The position numbers and the translations under genes were made by a program. DNA of 64,000 nt from a virus: IMG/VR virus record IMGVR_UViG_3300045988_067909, one strand, 5' to 3'. Below, one piece after another: positions 50,726 to 59,701 of this stretch (within the stretch, counting starts at the first letter, position 1; each line of letters opens with the position of its first letter). The notes beneath the pieces are model-generated. The model had not been told where the DNA came from, did no database searches, and saw only the letters and a program-made list of their open reading frames with translations.

Positions 50726-51991
50726 ATGAAAGCAAAACTTATCGGTATTGGAGCTGCTGGTAATAAAGCAGCTATGCATGCTATTAACCAAGGTGTATTT
50801 GATCGTAAAGATGTTTTACTTTTGAATACAACTCAAAAAGATATGAAAGACGAATTCAACGATATTAATATCGTATTCGGTGATAACCGTGGTGGTTGCG
50901 GTAAAGAACGTGATATGGCTAAAGGATTAGCTATGGAAGCTTTACGTGCAGACCTATTCAAATTAGACTCTTTTCCAGATCCTCAAGATGAAGCTATTAT
51001 CATTGTATCTTCTTCCGAAGGTGGTACTGGTTGCGGTGCTTCTACTATTGTAGCTAAGTACTGTAAACAAGTATTGAAAATGAATGTACACATGTTCGTA
51101 TTCACTGGTTTCGAACAAGATGCTCGTGGTATCCAAAACACTGTAGAATACTTCCAAGAATTATCTGATGAATATACTGTACAAGCTATTAGTAATAAGA
51201 AATTCTTAGATGGTATCCGTAGCAAACAAGATGCTGAACGTGCGGCTAACCAAGAATTCACTCAACGTATGGCAGTTCTTCTTGGTCAAGACTTAGTAGA
51301 ATCTGATCAAAATATTGATGACACAGACTTATATAAATTGTCTACTACACCTGGTTTCATGACTATCGAAAAAGCTAAAGTTACTAGCATTAAGAATACA
51401 GAAGACTTGTATAAAGAACTTCGTAAAATGTTAGACTATAGCAAATCTTTGGAATTCAAGCCTACAGCTAAACGTATTGGTGTAATCTTTGGTCTAGTTC
51501 CTGCGGCTCAAAACATGGACTTGAATACTGATGTATTACGTGAACGTCTTGGTGAACCATATGAATTCTTCACTCATATTCAAGATGCTGAACCTGGTAA
51601 AGAGTTCATTGAATTCATTGCTTCTGGTATTAAAATGCCAATTGATGAAGTTAATAAAGCTTACCAAACTTACTTAGAACGCACTTCTAAAGTTGATAAA
51701 TCTAAAGACTCTTTCTTTGATGAAGCTTCTTCTATGACTATCAATAAAGAAGATGGTATGTTTAACTTTGATAAGACTGGTCCACAAAATATCTCCAAAG
51801 CAGATAAAGATGCATTCTTTGCTAGTTCCAAGCCTGTAGTTAAACCACGTGTAACTGTATCTGCTAAAGATGATTTCTTCAATCAAACTACAGAAAAGGT
51901 TACAGTATCTCCTACAGTTGAAGTTCCAGAAGAACCAGTTAAACCTAAACGTGTAATTATCACTAGCAATGGTATTACAAAAGACTATTAA
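50726..51991 (+). CDS. phuZ: Tubulin/FtsZ-family GTPase (phage PhuZ/TubZ-like)
   Basis: Glycine loop LIGIGAAGNKAA and T4/tubulin signature SSEGGTGCGAS. The acidic C-terminal tail carries three DxFF repeats (DSFFDEAS, DAFFASS, DDFFNQT). Confidence 0.7.
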   Translation: MKAKLIGIGAAGNKAAMHAINQGVFDRKDVLLLNTTQKDMKDEFNDINIVFGDNRGGCGKERDMAKGLAMEALRADLFKLDSFPDPQDEAIIIVSSSEGGTGCGASTIVAKYCKQVLKMNVHMFVFTGFEQDARGIQNTVEYFQELSDEYTVQAISNKKFLDGIRSKQDAERAANQEFTQRMAVLLGQDLVESDQNIDDTDLYKLSTTPGFMTIEKAKVTSIKNTEDLYKELRKMLDYSKSLEFKPTAKRIGVIFGLVPAAQNMDLNTDVLRERLGEPYEFFTHIQDAEPGKEFIEFIASGIKMPIDEVNKAYQTYLERTSKVDKSKDSFFDEASSMTINKEDGMFNFDKTGPQNISKADKDAFFASSKPVVKPRVTVSAKDDFFNQTTEKVTVSPTVEVPEEPVKPKRVIITSNGITKDY

Positions 51992-52015
51992 TCCTACCAA
52001 TATACGAGGTGACTT

Positions 52016-52942
52016 ATGAAGGGCATTTATTTTAATAACCTGAAGAATCCTGCATTAGATCCTATTGTAGATACGATGGAATTGAATATGCTATTAGATG
52101 ATCCTTCGGAAGCAGAAAAAGCAGAGATTAGAGATAACTTTGTTAACGAGGTTATGTCTAAAGGATATAATGAAGATGAACTTAAACTATTCATCTTTAA
52201 TAACTTCCATGAGTTCGTTAAATACTCTTATGAAGTTCCTGAAGTAGCTAAGCTTTGGGAAGAACGACCTATGGTTCCTAAGCTAATTAAACAACTGCTT
52301 ACTAAATATACTCCAGGGTTTAGTTTTAATAAGCTAGACCGCATCTATATAAATGGAGTAATCTATAACCATAACGTAGTACATCAGAATGATGAAGTAC
52401 CTGGTATGGTTACAGAAATACTTAATGATTTAGGTATGACAATCAATAAAGACGTATGTGAAATCTTAGACAGCATCTATTATCTTCCTAGACAGTTCTA
52501 TACTATGGCTGTAATAGCAAGATTCTCAGATGTACGTGAAGAAATCAATATTAGACGTATCTTGTTCTTATTGATGATTACCTATGAATATAACACTACC
52601 ACTGTAGATGATATCCGCATCATTCTTGAAGCGTTATTCTATGGTGAAATGACTCCATTGTTTATCATTAATATGCTAGATACTCATAGAAGTGAACAAT
52701 GGTACAACTATAGATATAGAGCGGCTGAAGAAGATACTACATTTGCTCTATATAGAATAGTAAATGCTATGCCTAAACACATTATCAAAGATACTTTGCT
52801 AAAATATAGTGAAGTCTGTGTAGCTAGACAACTCAAACTAGATGATGTGAAATGGACATTGGTAAACTTACCATTAGATGACTATAGAGAATTAGCTATT
52901 ATAGCTGATACTCTAAAGAACGATGGTTATTATTTACCATAA
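52016..52942 (+). CDS. Hypothetical protein (308 aa) immediately downstream of the tubulin gene
   Basis: ATACGAGGTGA initiation context. No motifs. Confidence 0.35.
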   Translation: MKGIYFNNLKNPALDPIVDTMELNMLLDDPSEAEKAEIRDNFVNEVMSKGYNEDELKLFIFNNFHEFVKYSYEVPEVAKLWEERPMVPKLIKQLLTKYTPGFSFNKLDRIYINGVIYNHNVVHQNDEVPGMVTEILNDLGMTINKDVCEILDSIYYLPRQFYTMAVIARFSDVREEINIRRILFLLMITYEYNTTTVDDIRIILEALFYGEMTPLFIINMLDTHRSEQWYNYRYRAAEEDTTFALYRIVNAMPKHIIKDTLLKYSEVCVARQLKLDDVKWTLVNLPLDDYRELAIIADTLKNDGYYLP

Positions 52943-52944
52943 CA

Positions 52945-52995
52945 ACACAAAAAATAATACATGGGTAGAGAGGATGCCCTACCCATGTATATCTT
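52945..52995. terminator. Bidirectional hairpin at the start of the duplicated cassette
   Basis: catgggtag-N10-ctacccatg. The minus-strand side is followed by a T-run (tattattttttgtg). Confidence 0.45.
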
Positions 52996-52998
52996 TAT

Positions 52999-53181
52999 CT
53001 ATACACCATATCTATGATATAGTCGCATGCGCCATAGTGGCACCATATGCTCTATTGGTGTATCTTTATCTGGTAAATGTTCACCAGACTCAGTACCAAC
53101 AGGTATAGATTCAGATGCTAGTCTTCTAGCTTCGAGCTCAGGAATCTGAGCGCAAAGCGAGAGGAGAAACTCTCTGCTCAT
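52999..53181 (-). CDS. Small protein (60 aa), copy 1 of a tandemly duplicated gene
   Basis: SD AAGGAGGTGAA. MSREFLLSLCAQIPELEARRLASESIPVGTESGEHLPDKDTPIEHMVPLWRMRLYHRYGV. It is 49/60 identical to copy 2, with mostly conservative substitutions. Confidence 0.45.
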   Translation of the reverse strand: MSREFLLSLCAQIPELEARRLASESIPVGTESGEHLPDKDTPIEHMVPLWRMRLYHRYGV

Positions 53182-53307
53182 AGGGGATTCACCTCCTTAT
53201 GACAAGTAGACATAAGTCTACAAGTGTATGGGTAAATTTAGATACGGCTATTGGTACTAGCTGTATCTACCATACACATTTATAGTATACAATCGTAAAA
53301 CAGTTTA

Positions 53308-53353
53308 CATATAAAAAATAATACATGGGTAAGTGGGGATACACCTACCCATG
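53308..53353 (-). terminator. Minus-strand terminator of small-ORF copy 2 (unit boundary)
   Basis: catgggta-N14-tacccatg. On the minus strand it is followed by tattattttttat. Confidence 0.45.
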
Positions 53354-53364
53354 ATTATCTTTAT

Positions 53365-53547
53365 CTATACCCCATATTTATGGTATAGTCGCATGCGCCA
53401 TAGTGGCACCATGTGAACTATTGGGGTATCTTTGTCTGGCATCCGTTCACCAGATACAGTACCTACTGGTATGGTTTCGGATGCCAGTCTTCTCGCTTCG
53501 AGCTCAGGGTTCTGAGCACAAAGAGAAAGAAGGACATCTCTTGTCAT
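53365..53547 (-). CDS. Small protein (60 aa), copy 2
   Basis: SD AAGGAGGTGAA. MTRDVLLSLCAQNPELEARRLASETIPVGTVSGERMPDKDTPIVHMVPLWRMRLYHKYGV. Confidence 0.45.
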   Translation of the reverse strand: MTRDVLLSLCAQNPELEARRLASETIPVGTVSGERMPDKDTPIVHMVPLWRMRLYHKYGV

Positions 53548-53685
53548 AGGGATTCACCTCCTTATGACTTATGGGTTATAGTCCCATAAGTGTATGGTTA
53601 TATTTAGATACAGCTACTACTAATAGCTGTATCTACCATACACGTTTATAGTATACAATCGTAAAACAGTTTACATACAGAAACT

Positions 53686-53722
53686 CCCATATAGGCAATG
53701 CCTATATGGGACTTCTTTTTAA
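53686..53722 (+). terminator. Intrinsic terminator (a repeat of the hairpin at 49856)
   Basis: cccatataggca-atg-cctatatggg followed by acttcttttt. Confidence 0.5.
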
Positions 53723-53725
53723 TTC

Positions 53726-53756
53726 TTACATACTAGGAAACAAGAAAGTATATAAT
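53726..53756 (+). promoter_or_regulatory. Sigma-A/sigma-70-like promoter candidate upstream of the recombinase gene
   Basis: TTACAT-N17-TATATA(AT) lies 30 nt before the SD TAAGGAGGA. It contains GAAACAAGAAAGTATATAATA, which resembles the 27-nt motif. Confidence 0.3.
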
Positions 53757-53785
53757 ACTTTGAAATTATGTAAGGAGGAAGCACT

Positions 53786-55012
53786 ATGAGTGAAGATTTA
53801 ATTTCGATAGTATCTGATAAGATGGGTACATCTAGTAGTACAAGCATTTATGATGTATTATACCCAACAGGGTTCTTTAATGTAGACTATTTGAATGGTT
53901 ATAAGATTAATGGTTATCATAAAGACGGTACTAAATTCTCTTATGATGCATTTGGTATTGTAGATGGTTCTTTTAACTTAGTTGTCGGACGTACTGGTTC
54001 TGGTAAAACAACAGCAGCTATCCAATGGGGTGCTAATATCATTCGTCGTTTTGAAAAGGCAAGAATGTTTATCGCATCTATCGAGGGTGGTATTACTATT
54101 AACCGTCTTGAAGCATTAACTGGTTGGTTTGGGGATGATTTATTTAAACGTGTAAGTATTCGTAATAGTGGTCTTAATGTAGAGAGCATCTATAAAGAAA
54201 TCTTATCTATCTATGATGCTAAGATGGCTAATAAAGAAGAATACTTATATGACACAGGTCATGTAGATTCTCGTGGATTGCCTATCATTAAGATGGTACC
54301 AACTGTATATGTGATTGACTCTGTAGCTAATATGGTTCCAGAACGTGTAGCTAACCGTGGTGAAATGGGTGGTCAAATGGATGCAACTGCTATTGCTAAA
54401 GCTAATACACAGTTCATCAAATTGACTATGCAATTACTTAAGACTGCTAATATTATTGTATTGGCAATCAACCACATCAATAAACGTGTAGAGACTGGTT
54501 TCATGCCAACTAAGAATGATATCCCATATCTTAAACAAGATGAAACATTACCTGGTGGTAAAGCTATTAACTATGATGCTAATAATATCTTCAAATTGGA
54601 TGATAAGAAGATTAAAGAAGAATCTTTTGGTTTCAATGGTAAAGAAATCGTAGTTCAAATGATTAAGTCTCGTACTAATAAAGCCAATATGACTACACCA
54701 TTATTGCTTAACTTTGATATTGGGTTTGACCCATACTTCTCTTTATTATTACTTCTTAAAGATACTGGTCGTGTTAAAGCCAAAGGGGCTTATATGCAAC
54801 TAGATGAGCATGCTGATATGAAGTTTACCAATAAGAAGTTTACTGAAATCCTATTTGATAATAAAGACTTCCAAAAAGTATTCTTTGAAGCGGCTAAAGA
54901 AGAATGTCGTAAGTTGTTAACTCCAACTAAGACTTTAACTGAGTCTGTAGATAATACATTGTCTAATGATGTAATGGCATTATTTAGAGCAATGGACCAA
55001 GTAGAAGAGTAA
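53786..55012 (+). CDS. RecA/UvsX-family recombinase (divergent)
   Basis: Walker A VGRTGSGKTT; the later blocks VIDSVANMVPE...GEMGGQ and VLAINHINKRV parallel the RecA core. Length 408 aa. Confidence 0.5.
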   Translation: MSEDLISIVSDKMGTSSSTSIYDVLYPTGFFNVDYLNGYKINGYHKDGTKFSYDAFGIVDGSFNLVVGRTGSGKTTAAIQWGANIIRRFEKARMFIASIEGGITINRLEALTGWFGDDLFKRVSIRNSGLNVESIYKEILSIYDAKMANKEEYLYDTGHVDSRGLPIIKMVPTVYVIDSVANMVPERVANRGEMGGQMDATAIAKANTQFIKLTMQLLKTANIIVLAINHINKRVETGFMPTKNDIPYLKQDETLPGGKAINYDANNIFKLDDKKIKEESFGFNGKEIVVQMIKSRTNKANMTTPLLLNFDIGFDPYFSLLLLLKDTGRVKAKGAYMQLDEHADMKFTNKKFTEILFDNKDFQKVFFEAAKEECRKLLTPTKTLTESVDNTLSNDVMALFRAMDQVEE

Positions 55013-55032
55013 TTGTATATTATAGTTTTGAG

Positions 55033-55057
55033 CCAGAAGATTCCAGTAATCTTCTGG
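55033..55057 (+). terminator. Terminator-like hairpin
   Basis: ccagaagat-tccagta-atcttctgg. The U-tract is weak. Confidence 0.3.
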
Positions 55058-55099
55058 TGCAATTCTATGCTTGTTACATAATGGAAAGGGGTAAGTACA

Positions 55100-57328
55100 T
55101 TGGCAACTAGCGTAAATATTGTAGACGAAATTAAGAAATATGAAAGGAGATTGAAATTCCCAGAAGAGGCATTAGGTAAAGAATTGGCCGAACCTATTCC
55201 AACAGCAGTATCTGGGTCACGTAAATTATTGTATTCAACACAGGCCGATCAAGTTATGTCTTTGAACACACCTGAAGTGCCGTTCTTACAGACAGGCTAT
55301 GAGAATGAGTTTGGACATAAGTCCACATCATTCAAACAATATCATGGTGATGATTTAGTTATACTAGATAAAGTCGATAAGTTTAACTGGATCCCTAATC
55401 ACCATTATTTTCTACTCACATACAATGCTAATAAGAATATCATTGATGCTGTAGAACGATGCTCATACTTACATATTACAGAAAGCTATGGGTATGACCA
55501 AAATACTAAGTACTTAGACTCCCTAGGTATTGGTAGTAAAATCCGTACAGGTGACATCTATCTCAAATCCAAAGGGTTTGATGAGTATAATAACCGTATG
55601 GATGGTGTAAATCTATTAGTTACTTATGCCGCTATCTCAGATACTACAGAAGATGCTATTGTATTATCTGAAAGCTGTGCTAAGAGATTAAGTTCTCCAT
55701 TGTATCATAAAGTCCAAATCATGGTCAATGAGAATGATATCATGCTCAATCTATATGGTAATGAAACCATTTATAAAGTTATGCCTGATATCGGAGAAGA
55801 AGTATCCAATAGTCTTCTATTGGCTACAAGACGTGAGAATAAACAAGAATCCTTGTTCTCTCAAGTATATTCCAGACTTATGGATATTAATATGAATGAC
55901 AATAAGATTACTGCTACAGGTACTGTAGTTGATGTCAATGTCATTACTAATAATCCAGATATGATGGAATCATCCAACTATACTACACAGCTTAGAACGT
56001 ATTGGAAAGAATCTATTCGATTCTCCCAAGAGCTTGTAGATAAAGTGGATATGTACAAAGATCGTTATCCTAATGCTAAGATTGGATACGAACTACAAGT
56101 ACTTTATTCTAGAGCAAAGAGCTTATTAGATGGAGAGAAGTTCTCTCTTGATGGTAAGAAAGCTTTCTCTAATATCTTCCTTGAAGTTGTGGTACGTGAA
56201 AACAATGAACTACATATCGGGGATAAGATTACTAACCGTTATGGTGGTAAAGGTGTTATTAGCCGTATACTTCCAGACGAAGAAATGTTTGAGACTATTG
56301 ATGGACGTAGAGTAGAAATGATCTATAACCAAGGTACTTCTACTAACCGTCTTAATCCAGCTCAGATATTTGAAACAGAAATAAATGCAGCATCTGCCAA
56401 ACTTCTAAGATACTTACCTATGGAAACACCATATGAGGTAAATCAATCATTAGAACGTATTGCTACATTTATGAGTATCTTCACTCTAATGCAAGCTAAT
56501 GCATTCAGGGAATATGTCTATGCCTTGAATGATGATAGCAAGTTAGATTTACTTAAGTCTATGAAGAACGATGGATGTATAATTCTATCAGTATCTCCAA
56601 TACAAGAAAACATTGACCTAGATAAACTAGTAGCTATGTATGAGTTATTCCCTGAATGTGAGATTGATTATGCTTATTGTCAATTACTTGATAGTAATGG
56701 TAATCCTCGTAAGGTAAGAACTCAACGTCCTTTACTAGTGGGTCATCAATACATTGTAAGACTTAAACAGTATGCAGAAGATAAGTTCTCTGTAACTTCA
56801 TTGTCTGCTACAAACTCTAGAAATGAAAATAGTCGTAATAAGAACCCAGGTGAGGGTGGACATAGATTTCCTAATACTCCAGTACGTTGGGGTGTAATGG
56901 AAACATCTGCTATGCAACACATTGGTTCTTGGTTCAATGCTATTATGCTTCTAGTATATAGTACGTCTCCACATGCAAGACGTAAAGCTAAGAATCTATT
57001 AACAGATTCACCATTCAATATCGACGTTAAAGTTGATAGTGAATCTAAATCTAGATCTGTAGAAGTACTTAATGTATATCTACGGACTATAGGCTTAAGG
57101 ATTAGATTTGATAAATATAAGAAAGTGATTAAGAGTATATTTGCTCTTCCATCTTCTATCCCACATATGTTTATCGAAGTTCCTGATGCTGATCGTAAAC
57201 CTACAATTGAAATGGTGGATGATAAGAAAGGGTTTAAGATTCCACAAATCATCTTCAAAGGTGATGACCCTAAACCAAATATGTTTATCAACCCACCTAA
57301 AGAGGAAGAAGAACCTCAGAAGGAGTAA
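55100..57328 (+). CDS. Multisubunit RNA polymerase beta subunit, C-terminal half (split rpoB; apparent TTG start)
   Basis: NFED-like EDAIVLSE and GDKITNRYGGKGVISRILP (E. coli GDKMAGRHGNKGVISKI). QYIVRLKQYAEDKFSVTS (compare YmLKLnHLVdDKmHARS). GGHRF...RWGVMETSAM (compare GGQRFGEMEVWAL). Confidence 0.7.
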   Translation: MATSVNIVDEIKKYERRLKFPEEALGKELAEPIPTAVSGSRKLLYSTQADQVMSLNTPEVPFLQTGYENEFGHKSTSFKQYHGDDLVILDKVDKFNWIPNHHYFLLTYNANKNIIDAVERCSYLHITESYGYDQNTKYLDSLGIGSKIRTGDIYLKSKGFDEYNNRMDGVNLLVTYAAISDTTEDAIVLSESCAKRLSSPLYHKVQIMVNENDIMLNLYGNETIYKVMPDIGEEVSNSLLLATRRENKQESLFSQVYSRLMDINMNDNKITATGTVVDVNVITNNPDMMESSNYTTQLRTYWKESIRFSQELVDKVDMYKDRYPNAKIGYELQVLYSRAKSLLDGEKFSLDGKKAFSNIFLEVVVRENNELHIGDKITNRYGGKGVISRILPDEEMFETIDGRRVEMIYNQGTSTNRLNPAQIFETEINAASAKLLRYLPMETPYEVNQSLERIATFMSIFTLMQANAFREYVYALNDDSKLDLLKSMKNDGCIILSVSPIQENIDLDKLVAMYELFPECEIDYAYCQLLDSNGNPRKVRTQRPLLVGHQYIVRLKQYAEDKFSVTSLSATNSRNENSRNKNPGEGGHRFPNTPVRWGVMETSAMQHIGSWFNAIMLLVYSTSPHARRKAKNLLTDSPFNIDVKVDSESKSRSVEVLNVYLRTIGLRIRFDKYKKVIKSIFALPSSIPHMFIEVPDADRKPTIEMVDDKKGFKIPQIIFKGDDPKPNMFINPPKEEEEPQKE

Positions 57329-57331
57329 GCT

Positions 57332-59614
57332 ATGTCTGATTTGAGACAAGTTTATATGGATATACTAGGGGGCAACTTTGAGTCTGCCCTTGATCCTCAA
57401 AATGTATATCTTATGAATCATATAGCAACTTGTGCACTTCAAGACGAGAATAATGTACGTCTTGATGATGTAGAGTTGGTATTACGTATAAGCAATGCAC
57501 TATACAATGGTACCGATATTGAAGTGCTACCACTTGAAGATGGGGTATATGATCTCTTGCTAGAAATGTATAAGAGATATAACCCTAACTTCCAAGTTGG
57601 TGGAGCCAATATTGGTATGAATAGTGTACGTAAAGACAAAGATGGTATTGCTGAATATCCAAATATGTTTATACCTGTCCCTATAGGGATTGAGAATACA
57701 TATGGTATGGATATCCTAGCATACGGTAACACATCTAAGTTTGCTACACCATTATCATGGAATAATGGCCAAGTATCTGATAGACAAAGAGACACAGCTC
57801 ATAAGTATCCAGAATTAGTTGGTACTCTGGACAAGTGTAAGTTTGTATTAGACCATCAAGCATATACTGCTGGTGTAGCAGAAGATCCTAATGTAAAGAT
57901 CTTCGAAAGAGATTTCATTGGATTGCATTTCCATAATGGAGTAAATAATCCTAATGATATTCTCAATATAGTTATGGAACTCAAGTATGATGGTATCTCT
58001 ATTGAAGCCGAAGTATCTAACCATGTAGTATCTGCTAGAACTCGTGGTGATTTGGATAATGATAGAGCTACTGATCTTACTAGTGTATTGTATGGGTATA
58101 GATTCCCTAATACTATTCCAGACAACGAAGTCTTTGGTATGAAGTTTGAAGCTATCATCACTAAGTATGATATGGAAAGACTTAAAGCAAAGACTGGTAA
58201 ATCTTATACCAATATGAGAACTGCGGTATCTGGTATTCTAGGTTTAGCTAATGCTAGAGAATACTTAGAATATATTACTTTGGTTCCATTAGGTACATCA
58301 TTACACTTCGATACTAGAGAAGAAGAGCTTATGTTTATGAATAGATACTTTGCAACTAAAGTATCAAATGCATATAAAGCTTTCTCTGGTAGATATGACC
58401 ATGTATTATACATGGTAGACAAGTTCGTTCAAGATGCTGATATGATGCGTCCATATATGACGTTTGCTTATGATGGTATTGTAGTATCTTACAATGATAA
58501 TTATCATAAGCAACTCTTAGGTCGTGTAAATCATGTCAATAAGTATAGCATGGCTATTAAGTTTAATGCTATGAAACGAGTAACTAGATTCCGTGGATAT
58601 TCATATACAGTTGGTTCTAATGGTGTAATCACTCCGATGATTATATTTGACCCAGTAGAATTCAATGGTACAGTCCACTATAAAGCTAGTGGTCACTCTT
58701 ATGAACGATATAAGAAACTCAGTCTTAGATATAATGATGAGATTGAAGTGGCTTATGTAAACGATGTAATGCCATATGTAAGTAAGCTATACAATACAAA
58801 CAATGATAAGAATGAGAAACTCTATCCTATAGAACCATTTATTGATCATTGTCCTGCATGTGGTAGTCAATTAGTAGAATCTTTCTCTGGTAAGACTATA
58901 TCTTGTGAGAATCCAACTTGTCCAGGTATCCATCAAGCTAAGATGGTTAATATGATGGTAAGATTGGATTTCAAGAACTTTGGTCAAGCTGCTATAGAGA
59001 AACTAGAAATCAAGTCTCTTAGAGATCTATTTGAAAATGTAGATGAGACTAGATTATTCAATGCTGGATTTAGAGAGCGTGGTATAGCTAAGTTCCTAGA
59101 CCAGCTTAATGAAATCAAATCCAGAGATAACCTAGACTTCGTTATTGTTGGGTCTTTAGGTTTCACTGATATTGGATTTAGTACATGGTCAAACATCTTC
59201 AATGTAATTCCATTAGATTGTCTTATCAAGCTATCTGATGATGAATTATCTGATAGATTATTGGCTATTCCAGGTATAGGGCAACGTACAGTAGATACTA
59301 TTCTCAAAGAACGTGTAATATTTGCTGATGACTTAGTCTATATCTATACAAAGATACCTAATTTGAAACATAGCATCAATGCTAAGCCAGCTAAACGTAT
59401 ATGCTTTACTGGTATTAGAGATGCTAATGTTGAAGCAGCTTTAATGGCTAATGGGGATATGCCTAGTGAATCCATAACTAAGTCTACAGATTATCTTGTA
59501 GTACCTTACAAGGATTACTCATCTTCAAAGACAGCTAAAGCTGATAAGTATGGTATTCCAATCGTAACTATAGATGAGCTTGTAGCTCAACTAGGGTTAA
59601 ATATAAAAGTTTAA
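57332..59614 (+). CDS. ligA: NAD-dependent DNA ligase (LigA family)
   Basis: Adenylation motif ELKYDGISI (KxDG), zinc finger CPACGSQL...CENPTCPG, HhH IPGIGQRTVDTIL, and a C-terminal BRCT-like ICFTGIRD...DYLVVP. Length 760 aa. Confidence 0.7.
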   Translation: MSDLRQVYMDILGGNFESALDPQNVYLMNHIATCALQDENNVRLDDVELVLRISNALYNGTDIEVLPLEDGVYDLLLEMYKRYNPNFQVGGANIGMNSVRKDKDGIAEYPNMFIPVPIGIENTYGMDILAYGNTSKFATPLSWNNGQVSDRQRDTAHKYPELVGTLDKCKFVLDHQAYTAGVAEDPNVKIFERDFIGLHFHNGVNNPNDILNIVMELKYDGISIEAEVSNHVVSARTRGDLDNDRATDLTSVLYGYRFPNTIPDNEVFGMKFEAIITKYDMERLKAKTGKSYTNMRTAVSGILGLANAREYLEYITLVPLGTSLHFDTREEELMFMNRYFATKVSNAYKAFSGRYDHVLYMVDKFVQDADMMRPYMTFAYDGIVVSYNDNYHKQLLGRVNHVNKYSMAIKFNAMKRVTRFRGYSYTVGSNGVITPMIIFDPVEFNGTVHYKASGHSYERYKKLSLRYNDEIEVAYVNDVMPYVSKLYNTNNDKNEKLYPIEPFIDHCPACGSQLVESFSGKTISCENPTCPGIHQAKMVNMMVRLDFKNFGQAAIEKLEIKSLRDLFENVDETRLFNAGFRERGIAKFLDQLNEIKSRDNLDFVIVGSLGFTDIGFSTWSNIFNVIPLDCLIKLSDDELSDRLLAIPGIGQRTVDTILKERVIFADDLVYIYTKIPNLKHSINAKPAKRICFTGIRDANVEAALMANGDMPSESITKSTDYLVVPYKDYSSSKTAKADKYGIPIVTIDELVAQLGLNIKV

Positions 59615-59620
59615 CCCTAG

Positions 59621-59681
59621 TGAAACAAATCTATAAGTATATATTATAAATGAGATAGTGGTTTGCTATCTCGTTTCTTTT
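59621..59681 (+). promoter_or_regulatory. Conserved 27-nt element plus hairpin and T-run, copy 2
   Basis: TGAAACAAATCTATAAGTATATATTAT, then gagatag-tggtttg-ctatctc followed by gtttctttt. The hairpin ctagggttaaa-N8-tttaaccctag (59590..59620) spans the ligase stop codon and precedes it. Confidence 0.35.
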
Positions 59682-59701
59682 GGTTATAGGAGGATATTAT
59701 T

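Noticed and set aside
52945-53690. CRISPR-like repeat array
   Set aside because: There are only two copies of a unit of about 370 bp, each containing an ORF. That is a tandem gene duplication, not a repeat-spacer array.
55081-55110. 9-codon uORF (MERGKYIGN) overlapping the TTG start of the rpoB C-half
   Set aside because: It has no SD of its own. It is probably incidental, although a regulatory leader peptide cannot be excluded.
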